A DNA stretch of 64,000 nucleotides from Candidatus Pampinifervens sinense (lineage in GTDB: Bacteria > Aquificota > Aquificia > Aquificales > Aquificaceae): positions 1 through 64,000 of the forward strand of contig JAXSPP010000009.1 of the NCBI GenBank assembly GCA_037927135.1. The letters run 5' to 3'. Shown here piece after piece: positions 7,816 to 19,126 of the stretch; position 1 is the first letter of the stretch, and every line of letters starts with the position of its first letter. Under the pieces are notes generated by a model, which ran no database searches, was not told the origin of the DNA, and saw nothing but the letters and a program-made list of their open reading frames with translations. Made by a program: the position numbers and the translations under genes.

Positions 7816-9528
7816 ATGAAATACTTTCCTCTAGGTGTGGCCGGTCATGTGGACCACGGAAAGACAAGCCTTGTAAAGGCCCTTACCTCCATAGATACAG
7901 ACAGGCTTCCAGAAGAGAAAAGGAGGGGTATGAGCATAGACATAGGCTTTGCCTTTCTGGACTTCCCAGAGGAGAGCTTGAGGGTGGAGATAATAGACAT
8001 ACCTGGGCATGAGAGGTTTATAAAGAATGCCATATGTGGCCTTGCTCCCGTGTGGGGGCTTATGCTGGTAGTGGATGCAGGAGAAGGCGTCATGCCCCAG
8101 ACGGTAGAGCATCTGAAAATAGCCAAAAGCTTTGGCATTAAAAAAGTTCTCCTTGTTCTTACAAAGATAGACAGGGTGGACCAATCTACTGTGGAGCTAG
8201 CTTCAGAGGAGGCCTCAGACCTTATAAAAAAAGAGGGCCTTGACCTCTTTGGTATCTATAGCGTCTCTTCCATCACAGGGGAGGGCATGGAAGGCTTAAG
8301 GCTTGGCATAAGGGAGTACGCAAAGGAAAACATAAAGGACAGAGAAGATTGGCTCTTTAGGTTTTACATTGACTCTGCCTTTAGCGTAAAGGGCTATGGA
8401 ACGGTGGTGAGGGGTAGCTGTGTGTCTGGCAAGGTAGAAGAAGGAGACCTTCTTACCCTTGAGCCTTTGGGCCTTGTCTGCAGAGTAAAAAGGCTTCAAA
8501 ACCATGGAAGGTTTGTAAAGGAAGGAAAGGCGGGAGAGAGGCTAGCCTTAAACATTCCAGAGCTTGAACCAGATAAAGTAGAAAGGGGCTACTTTTTGGT
8601 AAAGGGTATCAAAAGCTCCAAAAGGCTTATAGTGAGGCTTGAGGGCCAAAGGCCAAAGGGCGTAGGCTATGCCTTCTTTGGAATGAGGGAGGTGTCCTTT
8701 TCCTCTCAGCACATCTTGGAAGACTACTACCTTCTTAAACTCTCAGAACCTGTGCCTTGTATAAGGTGGGACAAGGGTCCCATACTTGACTCCTCCGGAA
8801 GGCTTGTGGGCCACTATGAGGTTCTCCATCCAATTCCCACAAGAGCTTCCAAAAGGTTTTTGAGGGAAAACCTTGGCCTTTTGAGGGAAGACCCACTTCA
8901 ATACCTCCTTCTTGAAAGGGGCCTTATGGGCCTTAGCCTCTCAGACCTTTTCTCCTTTTACGGACATGCCATCAACCCACCCAACCTCCCGAGGCTAAAA
9001 GATACCCTTTACTATCCCAAAAGCCTTGAGGAACTTGCAAAGAGAGTAAAAGATATTCTTTCCACAAAGGGAGGCATAGTTTCTTTGCCCGAGCTTCTGT
9101 CAAAGCTTGGTGTCTCTGAAGATGTTTTAAAATTGGCCCTAAGTGGCCTGAAGGATGTGAAGGTGGTGGAAGGCTACCTGCTTGATGCCAAAAGGGCAAG
9201 GCTTGAGGACCTAAAGGGTTATAGAGAGCTTATGGACCTCCTCTCTCAGGGCATAAGGGAGGAGAGGGAGCTTGAGGCCTACAAGGAATACCTCTCTATG
9301 GCCGTCAGAAAAGGCCAAGTTTACAGCCTTGGGGACTACCTTTATATTTCAAAGGAGCTCTTTGACAGCTACGTGGAGAGGTTAAAAGCCATAGGGAAAG
9401 AGTTTAGCATCAAAGAGGCAAAGGAGGCCCTTGGACTTACAAGAAAGTATTTAATACCCTTGCTTGAACACATGGACAGGCTTGGCATCACAAGAAGGGA
9501 AGGAGATAGGAGGGTGTTTTTGAGATGA
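7816..9528 (+). CDS. selB: Selenocysteine-specific elongation factor
   Basis: GHVDHGKTSL, EEKRRGMSIDIGFA, DIPGHERF, TKID; C-terminal winged helix LTRKYLIPLLEHMD; adjacent to selA. Confidence 0.95.
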   Translation: MKYFPLGVAGHVDHGKTSLVKALTSIDTDRLPEEKRRGMSIDIGFAFLDFPEESLRVEIIDIPGHERFIKNAICGLAPVWGLMLVVDAGEGVMPQTVEHLKIAKSFGIKKVLLVLTKIDRVDQSTVELASEEASDLIKKEGLDLFGIYSVSSITGEGMEGLRLGIREYAKENIKDREDWLFRFYIDSAFSVKGYGTVVRGSCVSGKVEEGDLLTLEPLGLVCRVKRLQNHGRFVKEGKAGERLALNIPELEPDKVERGYFLVKGIKSSKRLIVRLEGQRPKGVGYAFFGMREVSFSSQHILEDYYLLKLSEPVPCIRWDKGPILDSSGRLVGHYEVLHPIPTRASKRFLRENLGLLREDPLQYLLLERGLMGLSLSDLFSFYGHAINPPNLPRLKDTLYYPKSLEELAKRVKDILSTKGGIVSLPELLSKLGVSEDVLKLALSGLKDVKVVEGYLLDAKRARLEDLKGYRELMDLLSQGIREERELEAYKEYLSMAVRKGQVYSLGDYLYISKELFDSYVERLKAIGKEFSIKEAKEALGLTRKYLIPLLEHMDRLGITRREGDRRVFLR

Positions 9529-10862
9529 ATCTTTTGAGGCAGATACCGTCCGTTTCAAGGCTTCTTGAGGAGTTCAAGGGCTATCCGCAAGAGATTGTAA
9601 AGAGGGCCATAAGGGAGGTGCTAAGCAGGGTAAGGGAGGAGATAAAAGAAGGCAAAAGGCAGGACCTCAAGGACCTACACAGGCTCATTGAATATAAGAT
9701 TAGAGAGCTTTCTGGCACAAACCTAAAAAGGGTCATAAACGCCACAGGCGTGATAATAAACACAAACCTTGGAAGGGCTCCCATTGCAAGGGAGGTGGCC
9801 CAGTTTATAAAGGAGATAGCCCAAAGCTACTCCAACCTTGAGTATGACCTTGAGGAGGGGAAAAGGGGGTCAAGGCTTAGCCATGTGGAGGGCTTGCTAA
9901 AAGATCTTACCGGAGCGGAGGCTGTGCATGTGGTGAACAACAATGCGGCGGCAGTTTATCTTGTGTTAAACACTCTTGCTTTTGGAAAGGAGGTGATAGT
10001 CTCAAGGGGTGAGCTGGTAGAGATAGGCGGAAGCTTTAGGATACCGGACATAATGAAGGCCTCTGGCGCAAGGCTTGTGGAGGTGGGAACCACCAACAGA
10101 ACAAGGCTATCCGATTATGAGAAGGCCATCTCAGAGGATACGGCCCTTTTGATGAAGGTGCACAGAAGCAACTTCTACATGGAGGGCTTTGTGGAGGAGA
10201 CAAAGATAGAAGAGCTTTTGAAATTGGGACTTCCCGTCTATTACGATATAGGCAGTGGTGTGCTTATAGACCTTAGGGAGCTTGGTATAAACACGGAAGA
10301 GCCAAGCTTTACTGAGTGTATAAAAAAGGGTGTGCATATAGTTTCTGGCAGTGGAGACAAGCTTTTGGGTGGCCCTCAGGCGGGCATAATCCTTGGCAGG
10401 GCAGAGTACATCCAAAGGATGAAAAAGAACCCCATGAGCAGAGCCTTAAGAATAGATAAGCTTACCCTTGCGGGCCTTGAAGGCACACTAAGGCTTTACA
10501 TAAAAGGCGAATATGAGAAGATACCGGTGCTTTCCATGCTTTTACAGAGGCCTGAAGAGCTAAAGAGGAAGGCCAAAAGGCTTTCAAAAAGGCTAAGGGG
10601 TATAAAGGATTTAGAGGTTCATATAATTAGGGAGTTTTCTGCCTGCGGTGGTGGTGCCATGCCAGAGCTGCTTTTGGAGACCTACTGCGTTGGGATTAGG
10701 CACAAAAACCTTAGCACTTCAGAGCTTGAAAGAAGGCTAAGGAGTTCTGAGCCACCCATAGTGGCAAGGGTGAAGGAGGATATGCTTTTGCTGGATGTAA
10801 GAACCTTGAGCCATGAGGATATGGAGGATATAGCAAAGGTTATAAGCCAGCTTGCTTTATAA
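9525..10862 (+). CDS. selA: L-seryl-tRNA(Sec) selenium transferase
   Basis: INATGVIINTNLGRAP, VNNNAAA, SRGELVEIGGSFRIPD, SGDKLLGGPQAG. Confidence 0.97.
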   Translation: MNLLRQIPSVSRLLEEFKGYPQEIVKRAIREVLSRVREEIKEGKRQDLKDLHRLIEYKIRELSGTNLKRVINATGVIINTNLGRAPIAREVAQFIKEIAQSYSNLEYDLEEGKRGSRLSHVEGLLKDLTGAEAVHVVNNNAAAVYLVLNTLAFGKEVIVSRGELVEIGGSFRIPDIMKASGARLVEVGTTNRTRLSDYEKAISEDTALLMKVHRSNFYMEGFVEETKIEELLKLGLPVYYDIGSGVLIDLRELGINTEEPSFTECIKKGVHIVSGSGDKLLGGPQAGIILGRAEYIQRMKKNPMSRALRIDKLTLAGLEGTLRLYIKGEYEKIPVLSMLLQRPEELKRKAKRLSKRLRGIKDLEVHIIREFSACGGGAMPELLLETYCVGIRHKNLSTSELERRLRSSEPPIVARVKEDMLLLDVRTLSHEDMEDIAKVISQLAL

Positions 10863-10869
10863 TCTTTCT

Positions 10870-11817
10870 GTGTGGGTTTTAGGTCAGCACGACGAGGCTT
10901 ACAGGAAGATAAGGAATTCCATACTAAACCTTGTGGGCAACACGCCCTTGGTAAGGCTTAGAAAGGTCATACCACCTTACATATCACCCAAAGTGGAGAT
11001 ATACGCCAAGCTTGAAAGCTTTAACCCTGGAGGTTCTGTAAAGGACAGGCCAGCCTTGAGCATGTTCCTTGATGCCATAGAAAGGGGGCTTATAAAGGAG
11101 GGCAAGGTGGTTATTGATGCCACATCGGGCAACACGGGCATAGCCCTTGCCATGGTGGGCGCCTGCCTTGGTGTGCCTGTGGAGCTAGCCATGCCAGCCA
11201 ACGTAAGCGAAGAGAGAAAGAGGATAATAAAGGCCTACGGCGCCAAAGTATACTTTACAGACCCCCTTGAAGGCACCGATGGAGCCATACTCTTTGTGAG
11301 GGAAAAGGTAAGCAAGGAGCCAGAAAAATACGTTTATCTTGACCAGTATAATAACCCGGCCAACTGGAAGGCACATTTTTATTCCACGGGTATAGAGATA
11401 TGGAACCAGACGGGTGGAAGGATAACCCATCTTGTAGCTGGTATAGGGACCGGTGGGACCATAATGGGAACGGGCAGAAGGCTAAAGGTATACAATCCAG
11501 ATATACAGATAATAGGTGTACAACCAGCCTACCCCTTTCATGGTATAGAAGGTCTAAAGCACATAGAAAGCTCTATAAAGCCTGGCATCTTTGATGAGAC
11601 CTTTTTGGACAGGACCATCTTTGTGGAAACGGAGCCAGCCTATGAGATGACAAAAAGGCTGGCAAGGGAGGAGGGGATTCTGGCGGGTCAGTCTAGCGGT
11701 GCAGCCTTGTATGCTGCCCTTGAGCTGGCAAAGGAGCTGGAGGAAGGTGTTATAGTGGTCATATTCCCCGATGGGGGTGAAAAGTACCTTACCACCTCAC
11801 CCTACAAGGACCTATAA
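10870..11817 (+). CDS. cysM: PLP-dependent cysteine synthase (CysM/CysK family)
   Basis: GNTPLV, KLESFNPGGSVKDR, TSGNTG, GIGTGGT, FPDGGEKY; GTG start chosen just after TATAAT (start uncertain). Confidence 0.88.
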   Translation: MWVLGQHDEAYRKIRNSILNLVGNTPLVRLRKVIPPYISPKVEIYAKLESFNPGGSVKDRPALSMFLDAIERGLIKEGKVVIDATSGNTGIALAMVGACLGVPVELAMPANVSEERKRIIKAYGAKVYFTDPLEGTDGAILFVREKVSKEPEKYVYLDQYNNPANWKAHFYSTGIEIWNQTGGRITHLVAGIGTGGTIMGTGRRLKVYNPDIQIIGVQPAYPFHGIEGLKHIESSIKPGIFDETFLDRTIFVETEPAYEMTKRLAREEGILAGQSSGAALYAALELAKELEEGVIVVIFPDGGEKYLTTSPYKDL

Positions 11818-11835
11818 GCATGTTAAAATATCCCT

Positions 11836-14142
11836 ATGAAAGTTCCCTTCTCCTGGCTCTCTGAGTTTATAGACCTACAGGACCTTGACCCATACAAGGT
11901 GGCGGAAGAGCTCACCCTAAAAAGCGTAGAAACTTCGGTAAGCAGATGGGACCTTGACCTTGACGGCGTTGTGTATGCAAAGGTGGTGGAAAAGAAAAAG
12001 CATCCCACAAGGGACCTTGCTGTCTATAAAGTAAAGGCGGGTGAAGACCTTTACCTTCAGGTAGTATCAGCGTACAAGAGTTTAGAAGAAGGGAAGGGTG
12101 TGCTTTTGGCCTTGCCCAACTCAAGGGTAGGAAACATGTGTATAAGCGCCAGGGATTTTGACGGTATTACTTCTCAAGGCATGCTCCTTTCTGCAAAAGA
12201 GCTTGGCTTGGAGGACCAATCTGAAGGTGTTTTGACCTTTGATGAAGATATAAAGCCTGGCACCTCCGCCTATGACCTTTTGGGCTTTGGTGAATACATC
12301 CTTGAGATAGAACCCACACCCAACAGGGGAGACCTCCTCTCTGTAAAGGGTCTTGCAAGGGAAATAAGCGCCCTCTTTGGCCTAAGGAAGAAAGAAAGAA
12401 AATATCCAGAGTATGAGGACTTTGGGGAGATAGATATAAGGATTGAGTCAAAGGACTGCAAAAGGTACAGAGGAGCCATAATAGAAGGCATAAAGGTAAA
12501 ACCCTCCCCCCTTTGGCTAAGAAGGAGGCTTTGGCAGTGTGGCATAAGGGCCATAAACAACGTGGTGGATATAACCAATTACGTAATGCTTTTGGAGGGC
12601 CAGCCCCTCCATGCCTTTGACCTAAAAGCTATAAGCTTTCCACTCCTTGTAAGGGATGCCTATGAGGGAGAAAACATAAGGACCTTAATGGGAACGGAGA
12701 AGGACCTTATGCCCATAAACCTCCTTATAGCGGACAGGGAAAAGCCCTTGGCCCTTGCGGGAGTGGTGGGAGGGCTTGAAAGCTCGGTAAAAGAGGATAC
12801 AAGTTCCATACTCCTTGAATCGGCATACTTTGACCCCTATAGGATAAGGAAGTCTGCCAGGTCCCTTGGACTGCAAACGGAGAGCTCCTACAGGTTTGAG
12901 AGGAATGTGGACATAGAGGGTGTAAAAAGGGCCCAAGACCTTGCCATAAGCCTTTTGCTAGACATTGCCGGCGGAGAACTCAAAGCCATAAAGGATGTAT
13001 ACCCAGAACCTTATGAGCCAAAGAGGGTCTTTTTGAGCCTTGAAAAGTACAGAAGGTATTCGGGAAGGGATTTTGATAAGGAGGAGATATCAAGGATTTT
13101 AAGCTCCCTTGACATACCCCATCAGACCCAAAGGTGCGGTGTGGAGGTGTATATACCACCCCATAGAAGTTTTGATATGCAAAGGGATGTGGATGTGATA
13201 GAAGAAGTGCTAAGGGTAATAGGCTATGCGGACATAAAGGCTGAACCTTTGAGGATTCCCTCCAGGCCATCAAAGATAGAAAGCCTTGAAGAAAGGATAA
13301 GGGATTTTATGGTATGCAGGGGCTTTTCCGAGGTTATAACCTTCTCCTTTGAAGAAAAGGACCTATACGAGCTTCTTTCTCTCCCAGAGCCACAGCTGGA
13401 GATATTAAATCCTTTAAACAGGTCTCAGAGGTTTTTGAGGACCTCCTTGATCCCTTCCCTCTTGAAGGTTTGTGTTGAAAACACAAAGAATTACAACTAC
13501 AGTATGGCCATATTTGAGATAGGAAAGGTTTTCACAAAGGAAGGCGAAGAAACAAGGCTTGCCTTCCTTATGACTGGAACAAAGAGGCTATTCCCAGAGG
13601 AGGAGTATTCGCCCTATGAGGCCGTAGGCCTTGTGCAGGACCTTTTAAGACTATACTCGGAGGACTATACCTCCCAATCGTCAAGCTTGCCCTTCCTCCA
13701 CCCTTATCTTCAGAGGGTCTACAGCGTGAATGGAAAAGAGGTGGCCTATGTGGGTGTGTTAAATCCTGTTGTTCAGGAGAGGCTGGAGCTAAGATATAGG
13801 GTGATGTTGGGTGAGGTAAACTTGAACTTTTTAAGGGAGGTAAAGAGGACCTATAAGCCCATATCAAGCTTTCCACCCCTTATTAGGGACATTACCCTCC
13901 TTATGGACAAAGGGATGGATGTGGATAAATTAATATCCTATATCAGAAAGTATGAGCTTGTGGAAGATGTGAAGGTGTTTAGCGTGTATACAGATCCAAG
14001 GCTTGGGAAAGGCAAGAAAAGTGTAAGCTTTAGGTTGGTTTTTAGAAGTAAAGAAAGAACGTTGTCCGATGAGGAAGTAAATCAAGTGGTTGGTAGGCTT
14101 TTGGAGGACCTAGAAGGGGCCTTTGGTGTCAGGCTAAGATAA
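11836..14142 (+). CDS. pheT: Phenylalanyl-tRNA synthetase beta subunit
   Basis: MKVPFSWL, TPNRGDLLS, NNVVDITNY, GQPLHAFD, SYRFER, C-terminal anticodon-binding domain. Confidence 0.97.
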   Translation: MKVPFSWLSEFIDLQDLDPYKVAEELTLKSVETSVSRWDLDLDGVVYAKVVEKKKHPTRDLAVYKVKAGEDLYLQVVSAYKSLEEGKGVLLALPNSRVGNMCISARDFDGITSQGMLLSAKELGLEDQSEGVLTFDEDIKPGTSAYDLLGFGEYILEIEPTPNRGDLLSVKGLAREISALFGLRKKERKYPEYEDFGEIDIRIESKDCKRYRGAIIEGIKVKPSPLWLRRRLWQCGIRAINNVVDITNYVMLLEGQPLHAFDLKAISFPLLVRDAYEGENIRTLMGTEKDLMPINLLIADREKPLALAGVVGGLESSVKEDTSSILLESAYFDPYRIRKSARSLGLQTESSYRFERNVDIEGVKRAQDLAISLLLDIAGGELKAIKDVYPEPYEPKRVFLSLEKYRRYSGRDFDKEEISRILSSLDIPHQTQRCGVEVYIPPHRSFDMQRDVDVIEEVLRVIGYADIKAEPLRIPSRPSKIESLEERIRDFMVCRGFSEVITFSFEEKDLYELLSLPEPQLEILNPLNRSQRFLRTSLIPSLLKVCVENTKNYNYSMAIFEIGKVFTKEGEETRLAFLMTGTKRLFPEEEYSPYEAVGLVQDLLRLYSEDYTSQSSSLPFLHPYLQRVYSVNGKEVAYVGVLNPVVQERLELRYRVMLGEVNLNFLREVKRTYKPISSFPPLIRDITLLMDKGMDVDKLISYIRKYELVEDVKVFSVYTDPRLGKGKKSVSFRLVFRSKERTLSDEEVNQVVGRLLEDLEGAFGVRLR

Positions 14143-14303
14143 GGCCTGCCCTGCGCGTGGAGAAGGAACTTATATTGGGGTCCACACCTTAAGGTAATAG
14201 GGAGCCCGGCCTCCGGGGGAGTCCCATGGGCCTCCCGGGAGGGCACCCACCTAACGCCTTTGGGGCCCACCGAAGGTTCCTTTCCCCACGGCATGGGCGG
14301 GTT
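14143..14303 (+). ncRNA. ssrS: 6S RNA
   Basis: GC-rich ~160-nt rod: CCTGCCCTGCGCGTGGAGAAGGAAC pairs with GTTCCTTTCCCCACGGCATGGGCGGG around a central bubble; pheT-6S-ygfA synteny as in Aquifex. Confidence 0.9.
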
Positions 14304-14344
14304 GTCCTCTTGCCTTCCCTTCCTTGAAAGAGGAGGTGGAAGAG

Positions 14345-14908
14345 TTGCTAACAAAGAAGGAGTTAAGAAGGAGATACATAGAAGAAAGGCAAAGGCTCTC
14401 TCAAGAGGAAAGGGAGAGACTGTCTTCTAAGATAGTAAACAGAGTAGCAAACCTACCCTACTTTAAGGAAGCAAAAAGGGTTTTGCTCTTTTGTCCCCAC
14501 AAGGGTGAGCCCGATATTACCCCCCTCTTTTCTCTGGTATGGGAAGAGGGAAAGACCCTCATCCTGCCTAAGGTTAACGGTGATGAGCTAAAGCTGTTGG
14601 CCGTTGAAAGGGAAACAAGGCTTGATGTTGGAGCCTTTTGTCTGATGGAACCGCAAGAAGGGGAGGAGGTGGAACCAGAAAGGGTGGATTTTTCTCTCAT
14701 ACCTGGTGTGCTCTTTGACAAGTATGGCTACCGCATAGGCTATGGGAAGGGTTACTACGATAGGTTGCTTAGGAGGTTGGGAGGTATAAGGGTGGGAGTT
14801 TGTTATGAGTTTCAAGTTTTGGAAGAGGTTCCAAGGGATAGCTGGGATATACCCGTTGACCTGGTTATAACAGAGGAAAAAATCTATAAAGGAGGTAAGG
14901 AAGAATGA
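14345..14908 (+). CDS. ygfA: 5-formyltetrahydrofolate cyclo-ligase
   Basis: KKELRR, PGVLFD..GYRIGYGKGYYDR, WDIPVD; TTG start after AGGAGGT. Confidence 0.93.
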   Translation: MLTKKELRRRYIEERQRLSQEERERLSSKIVNRVANLPYFKEAKRVLLFCPHKGEPDITPLFSLVWEEGKTLILPKVNGDELKLLAVERETRLDVGAFCLMEPQEGEEVEPERVDFSLIPGVLFDKYGYRIGYGKGYYDRLLRRLGGIRVGVCYEFQVLEEVPRDSWDIPVDLVITEEKIYKGGKEE

Positions 14909-16560
14909 GCACTGGTATGGTTTTACTGATAGCTTTTGGTGCTTTAGTTTTGGGTGGTTTGATAGGTTTTTTAATGAAAGGAAGGAAGGTTTCCTTTGAT
15001 AGTAAAGAGGTGGAAGAGCTGGTAAGGAAGGCAAGAGAAGAAGCTCAGGATATCCTAAGGAGGGCTCAGGAAGAGGCTAGAGAGATAAAGCTTTCTGCGG
15101 AAAAGGAGGCAGAGAAGATAATAAAGGTGGCCCAAGAGGAGGCTGATAAGGTAAGAAGCAGTGTGAAGAGTATGGAGGAATATATATCCGAAAGGCAGAA
15201 GGAGCTCAGTAAGCTAGAGCAAGCTCTCTATCAGAGGGAGTCAAACATTGAGAGGAGGGCTCAAGCCCTTGAGAGGAGAGAAGAGGAGCTCTACAGAAGG
15301 GAAAGGGAGATAAGGGAAAAGGAGAGAGAGATAGATGAGGCTCAAAAGTACATTCAGTCACGTATCAAAGAGCTTGAAGAAAAAGAAAAGGAGATAGAGG
15401 AGTTAAATCAAAAGAAGCTGGCGGAGCTTCAAAGGATAGCTGGCATGACTGTTGAAGAAGCAAGAAGTGAGCTTTTTAAGAAGGTGGAGGAGGAGGCAAA
15501 GATTGAAGCTATAAGGATTATGAAGCGTATAGAAGATGAGGCAAGAGAAAAGGCGGAGTTTGAAGCAAGAAGGATAATAACTACAGCTATACAAAGGTTG
15601 GCCTCTGAGATAGCCATAAACTACACCACTACCACCGTAGAGCTTCCAAGCAACGAGTTTAAGGGAAGGATAATAGGAAGGGAGGGAAGGAACATAAGAA
15701 CCTTTGAGCTTCTAACAGGCGTGGACCTCATCATTGACGATACACCAGACATAGTGACCATATCCTCCTTTGATCCGCTAAGAAGGGAGATAGCCAAAGA
15801 AGCCCTTGAAAGGCTCATACAAGATGGGAGGATCCACCCTGCACGCATAGAGGAGGTGGTACTGGAGGTTAAGAAGGAGATGGATGAGAAGATAAGGAAG
15901 ATGGGGGAAGAGACGTGCATGGAGCTTGGCCTATATGACATAAACCCAGGCCTTTACTACTACATTGGAAAGCTCTACTACAGGACAAGCTACTCTCAGA
16001 ATGTGCTTTTGCACTCTAAGGAAGTAGCCTATCTGGCTGGCCTTATGGCGGAGGAGCTTGGGCTTGATGCCAAGATGGCAAGGAGGGCTGGACTCTTGCA
16101 CGATATAGGAAAGGCCGTATCCCATGAGCTTGGAGGCTCTCACACCGACATAGGTATAGAGCTGTGCAAACGCTACGGCGAGCCAGACCCAGTGCTAAAC
16201 GCCATAAAGGCACATCATGAGGAGGAGCCTGTAAGGTATCCAGAAGTTGCCCTTGTGTGTGCTGCCGATGCCCTATCTGCCGCAAGGCCAGGAGCAAGGA
16301 GGGAAAGCCTTGAGGCTTACCTCAGAAGGCTTGAAAAACTAGAGGAGATAGTAAAATCCTTCAGCGGAGTCCAGAATGCCTATGCAGTGCAGGCTGGAAG
16401 GGAGGTAAGGGTCATAGTGAACCCAGAAGAGATAAGCGACGAGGAGGCCTATTTGCTCTCTAAGAACATAGCGAGGAAGATAGAGGAGGAGATGCAGTTT
16501 CCCGGTCAGATAAAGGTGGTGGTAATAAGAGAGGTAAGGCATGTGGAATACGCCAAGTGA
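14905..16560 (+). CDS. rny: Ribonuclease Y
   Basis: N-terminal TM helix, coiled coil, KH domain [15 protein letters not shown] domain [17 protein letters not shown]. Confidence 0.97.
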   Translation: MSTGMVLLIAFGALVLGGLIGFLMKGRKVSFDSKEVEELVRKAREEAQDILRRAQEEAREIKLSAEKEAEKIIKVAQEEADKVRSSVKSMEEYISERQKELSKLEQALYQRESNIERRAQALERREEELYRREREIREKEREIDEAQKYIQSRIKELEEKEKEIEELNQKKLAELQRIAGMTVEEARSELFKKVEEEAKIEAIRIMKRIEDEAREKAEFEARRIITTAIQRLASEIAINYTTTTVELPSNEFKGRIIGREGRNIRTFELLTGVDLIIDDTPDIVTISSFDPLRREIAKEALERLIQDGRIHPARIEEVVLEVKKEMDEKIRKMGEETCMELGLYDINPGLYYYIGKLYYRTSYSQNVLLHSKEVAYLAGLMAEELGLDAKMARRAGLLHDIGKAVSHELGGSHTDIGIELCKRYGEPDPVLNAIKAHHEEEPVRYPEVALVCAADALSAARPGARRESLEAYLRRLEKLEEIVKSFSGVQNAYAVQAGREVRVIVNPEEISDEEAYLLSKNIARKIEEEMQFPGQIKVVVIREVRHVEYAK

Positions 16561-19081
16561 AGACCTCACCCCCATGCTCTCTCAGTACCACTACTTTAAA
16601 AAGCAGTATCCAGACTGCCTTCTCCTCTTTAGGCTTGGAGACTTTTACGAGCTTTTCTATGAGGATGCGGAGATAGGCGCAAGGGAGCTGGGCCTTGTGC
16701 TCACCTCCAGGCCTGCGGGAAAGGGCAGGGAAAGGATACCCATGTGCGGAGTGCCTTACCACTCTGCAAGCTCTTACATATCAAGGCTTGTGGCAAAGGG
16801 CTACAAGCTTGCCATATGCGAACAGTTAGAAGACGCCTCTCAGGCCAAGGGCCTTGTAAAGAGGGATGTGATAAGAGTTATAACTCCCGGCACATACTTT
16901 GAGAAGGAGGCCTGCGGGCTTGTGGGCCTTGTAAGGAGGGGGAAGGAATACCTATGCGCCTATTTGAACCCAGCAACGGGCGAGTTTGTAGGCGGTAGCT
17001 TTGACCAAAGGGGTGCCAAAGAGTTTATCCTCAAGTTTTCACCGAAAGAACTTTTGCTTCCAAAGGACCTTGACTTTGAAATAAAGGAGATGGAGGTCTT
17101 CATAAGCAGGCTGGATGAAGAGTTCTTTGAAGAGGGGCTAAGGACACTAAAGGAGGACATGAACATATACAGCGCCAAGGGCCTTGGCTTTGAAAAGGAG
17201 GAGGACCTTTTGCCCTTTGGTGCCTTGTACCTTTACCTTAAGAGAACCCAAAAGTCCTTTTTGCCCTATTTGAGGAGGCCAAGGCCTTATGGAAGTGAGG
17301 GCTATGTGCGCATAGACTATAGGACGGCCAGAGGCCTTGAGCTTTTAGAGTCCTACGATGGCTCCGAGAGGTATTCCCTCTTTGGTGTGATAAACAGGAC
17401 CCTAACGGGCATGGGAAGAAGGAGGCTAAGGTTTCATATATTGCACCCCTTCAGAGACAAGGAGACAATAGAGAGAGTTCAAGAGGCTGTGGAGGACCTA
17501 ATAGACAAAAGAGAGCTTCTAAGGTCTATAAGAGAGAGCCTTGAAAACATGCCAGACCTTGAAAGGCTCATAAGCAGGATAAGCGGAGGACTTTCCACGC
17601 CCAAGGACCTTGTGCATATAAAGAAAACGCTATACGCCATTGAGAACTTAAAGGCTATCCTCTCTTCTGCCAAGGCATCCATGCTGAAAGAAATAGGCCA
17701 AGGCCTGCTTGAGCTAAAGGACCTAAGGGAAGACATAGAGAGGACCCTTGTGGATGACCCACCCCTTCACCTCAAAGAGGGAGGCCTTATAAAGGAAGGT
17801 GTGGACCCAGAGCTTGACCAGCTAAGATACTACAGGGACAACGCCCAAAGGCTCATAGAGGAGTATGAAGAGAGGCTAAGGAGGGAGACGGGCATACAGA
17901 GTCTAAAGATAGGCTACAACAGGGTGATGGGCTACTACATAGAGGTGACAAAGCCCAACCTCAAGTATGTGCCAGACTACTTCAGAAGAAGACAGACCCT
18001 CTCCAATGCGGAGCGCTTTACCACCGATTACCTTCAGGAATTGGAAGATAAGATCCTTTCCTCTCAAAGCAAGATAAACAACCTTGAGTATGAACTCTTT
18101 TTAGCCCTCAGGGAAAGGGTTTTAAAGAGGCTTGAGGAGCTTGCGGAGAACGCAAAGCTTTTGGGCTTGCTTGACTATCTTCAAAGCCTTGCCACCATAG
18201 CCCTTGACAAGGGATGGGTAAAGCCAAAGCTTGTGGAAGACAAGGTGCTTTACATAGAGGAAGGGAGGCATCCGGTCATTGAGGAGTTTGTAAGGCCCTA
18301 CTGCCCAAACCCAACCAGACTGGACGAGGAGAACCTTGTCCTCATCATCACAGGGCCCAACATGGCCGGAAAATCAAGCTACATAAGGCAAGTGGCCATC
18401 CTCACCATCTTAGCCCACATGGGATCTTTTTTACCCTGCTCTTCTGCCACTATAGGCTTAGTTTCTTCCATCCATGCCCGCATAGGCTCTGGAGACATCC
18501 TTGCCCTTGGTGTCTCCACCTTTATGAACGAGATGCTGGAGGTGGCAAGCATCCTAAACAACGCAGATTCAAGAAGCCTTATAGTGCTTGATGAGGTGGG
18601 AAGAGGCACATCCACCTACGACGGCATAGCCATAAGCAGGGCAATAATAGAGTACATATTGGATAACATAAGGGCCAGGACCCTTGTGGCCACCCATTTC
18701 CTTGAGCTCACAGAGATAGAAAGGAAAGGCATTAAAAACTACCACATGGCCATAAGCAAGGAGGGAGAGGAGATAAACTTCCTCTACCTTTTGAAGCCCG
18801 GAAGGGCGGAGGGTAGCTTCGGCATAAAGGTGGCCCAAAAGGCAGGACTGCCCAAAGAGGTCATAAGAAGGGCAGAAGAACTCCTTATGGACCTCAAGAC
18901 TTCAAAGAGCCTGCCTGTGCTGGAGAGGGTATATACAGAAAGCTTAAAGGAGGAAGAAAAACAGATATTGGAAGAGATAGCCCAGCTGGACATAGCCAAC
19001 CTCACACCCCTTCAAGCCCTTCTGAAGCTGGCAAGCCTAAAGGAGAAGCTTATGGAAGTGAGGAGGGTGGGTGGTAGATGA
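16541..19081 (+). CDS. mutS: DNA mismatch repair protein MutS (MutS1)
   Basis: [45 protein letters not shown]. Confidence 0.97.
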   Translation: MWNTPSEDLTPMLSQYHYFKKQYPDCLLLFRLGDFYELFYEDAEIGARELGLVLTSRPAGKGRERIPMCGVPYHSASSYISRLVAKGYKLAICEQLEDASQAKGLVKRDVIRVITPGTYFEKEACGLVGLVRRGKEYLCAYLNPATGEFVGGSFDQRGAKEFILKFSPKELLLPKDLDFEIKEMEVFISRLDEEFFEEGLRTLKEDMNIYSAKGLGFEKEEDLLPFGALYLYLKRTQKSFLPYLRRPRPYGSEGYVRIDYRTARGLELLESYDGSERYSLFGVINRTLTGMGRRRLRFHILHPFRDKETIERVQEAVEDLIDKRELLRSIRESLENMPDLERLISRISGGLSTPKDLVHIKKTLYAIENLKAILSSAKASMLKEIGQGLLELKDLREDIERTLVDDPPLHLKEGGLIKEGVDPELDQLRYYRDNAQRLIEEYEERLRRETGIQSLKIGYNRVMGYYIEVTKPNLKYVPDYFRRRQTLSNAERFTTDYLQELEDKILSSQSKINNLEYELFLALRERVLKRLEELAENAKLLGLLDYLQSLATIALDKGWVKPKLVEDKVLYIEEGRHPVIEEFVRPYCPNPTRLDEENLVLIITGPNMAGKSSYIRQVAILTILAHMGSFLPCSSATIGLVSSIHARIGSGDILALGVSTFMNEMLEVASILNNADSRSLIVLDEVGRGTSTYDGIAISRAIIEYILDNIRARTLVATHFLELTEIERKGIKNYHMAISKEGEEINFLYLLKPGRAEGSFGIKVAQKAGLPKEVIRRAEELLMDLKTSKSLPVLERVYTESLKEEEKQILEEIAQLDIANLTPLQALLKLASLKEKLMEVRRVGGR

Positions 19082-19126
19082 TTAGTATCATCAATAAACC
19101 TGTCTGAACTGGAGTAAAATAAGAAC

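Noticed and set aside
14082-14354. 90-aa minus-strand ORF
   Set aside because: Shadow of the GC-rich 6S RNA.
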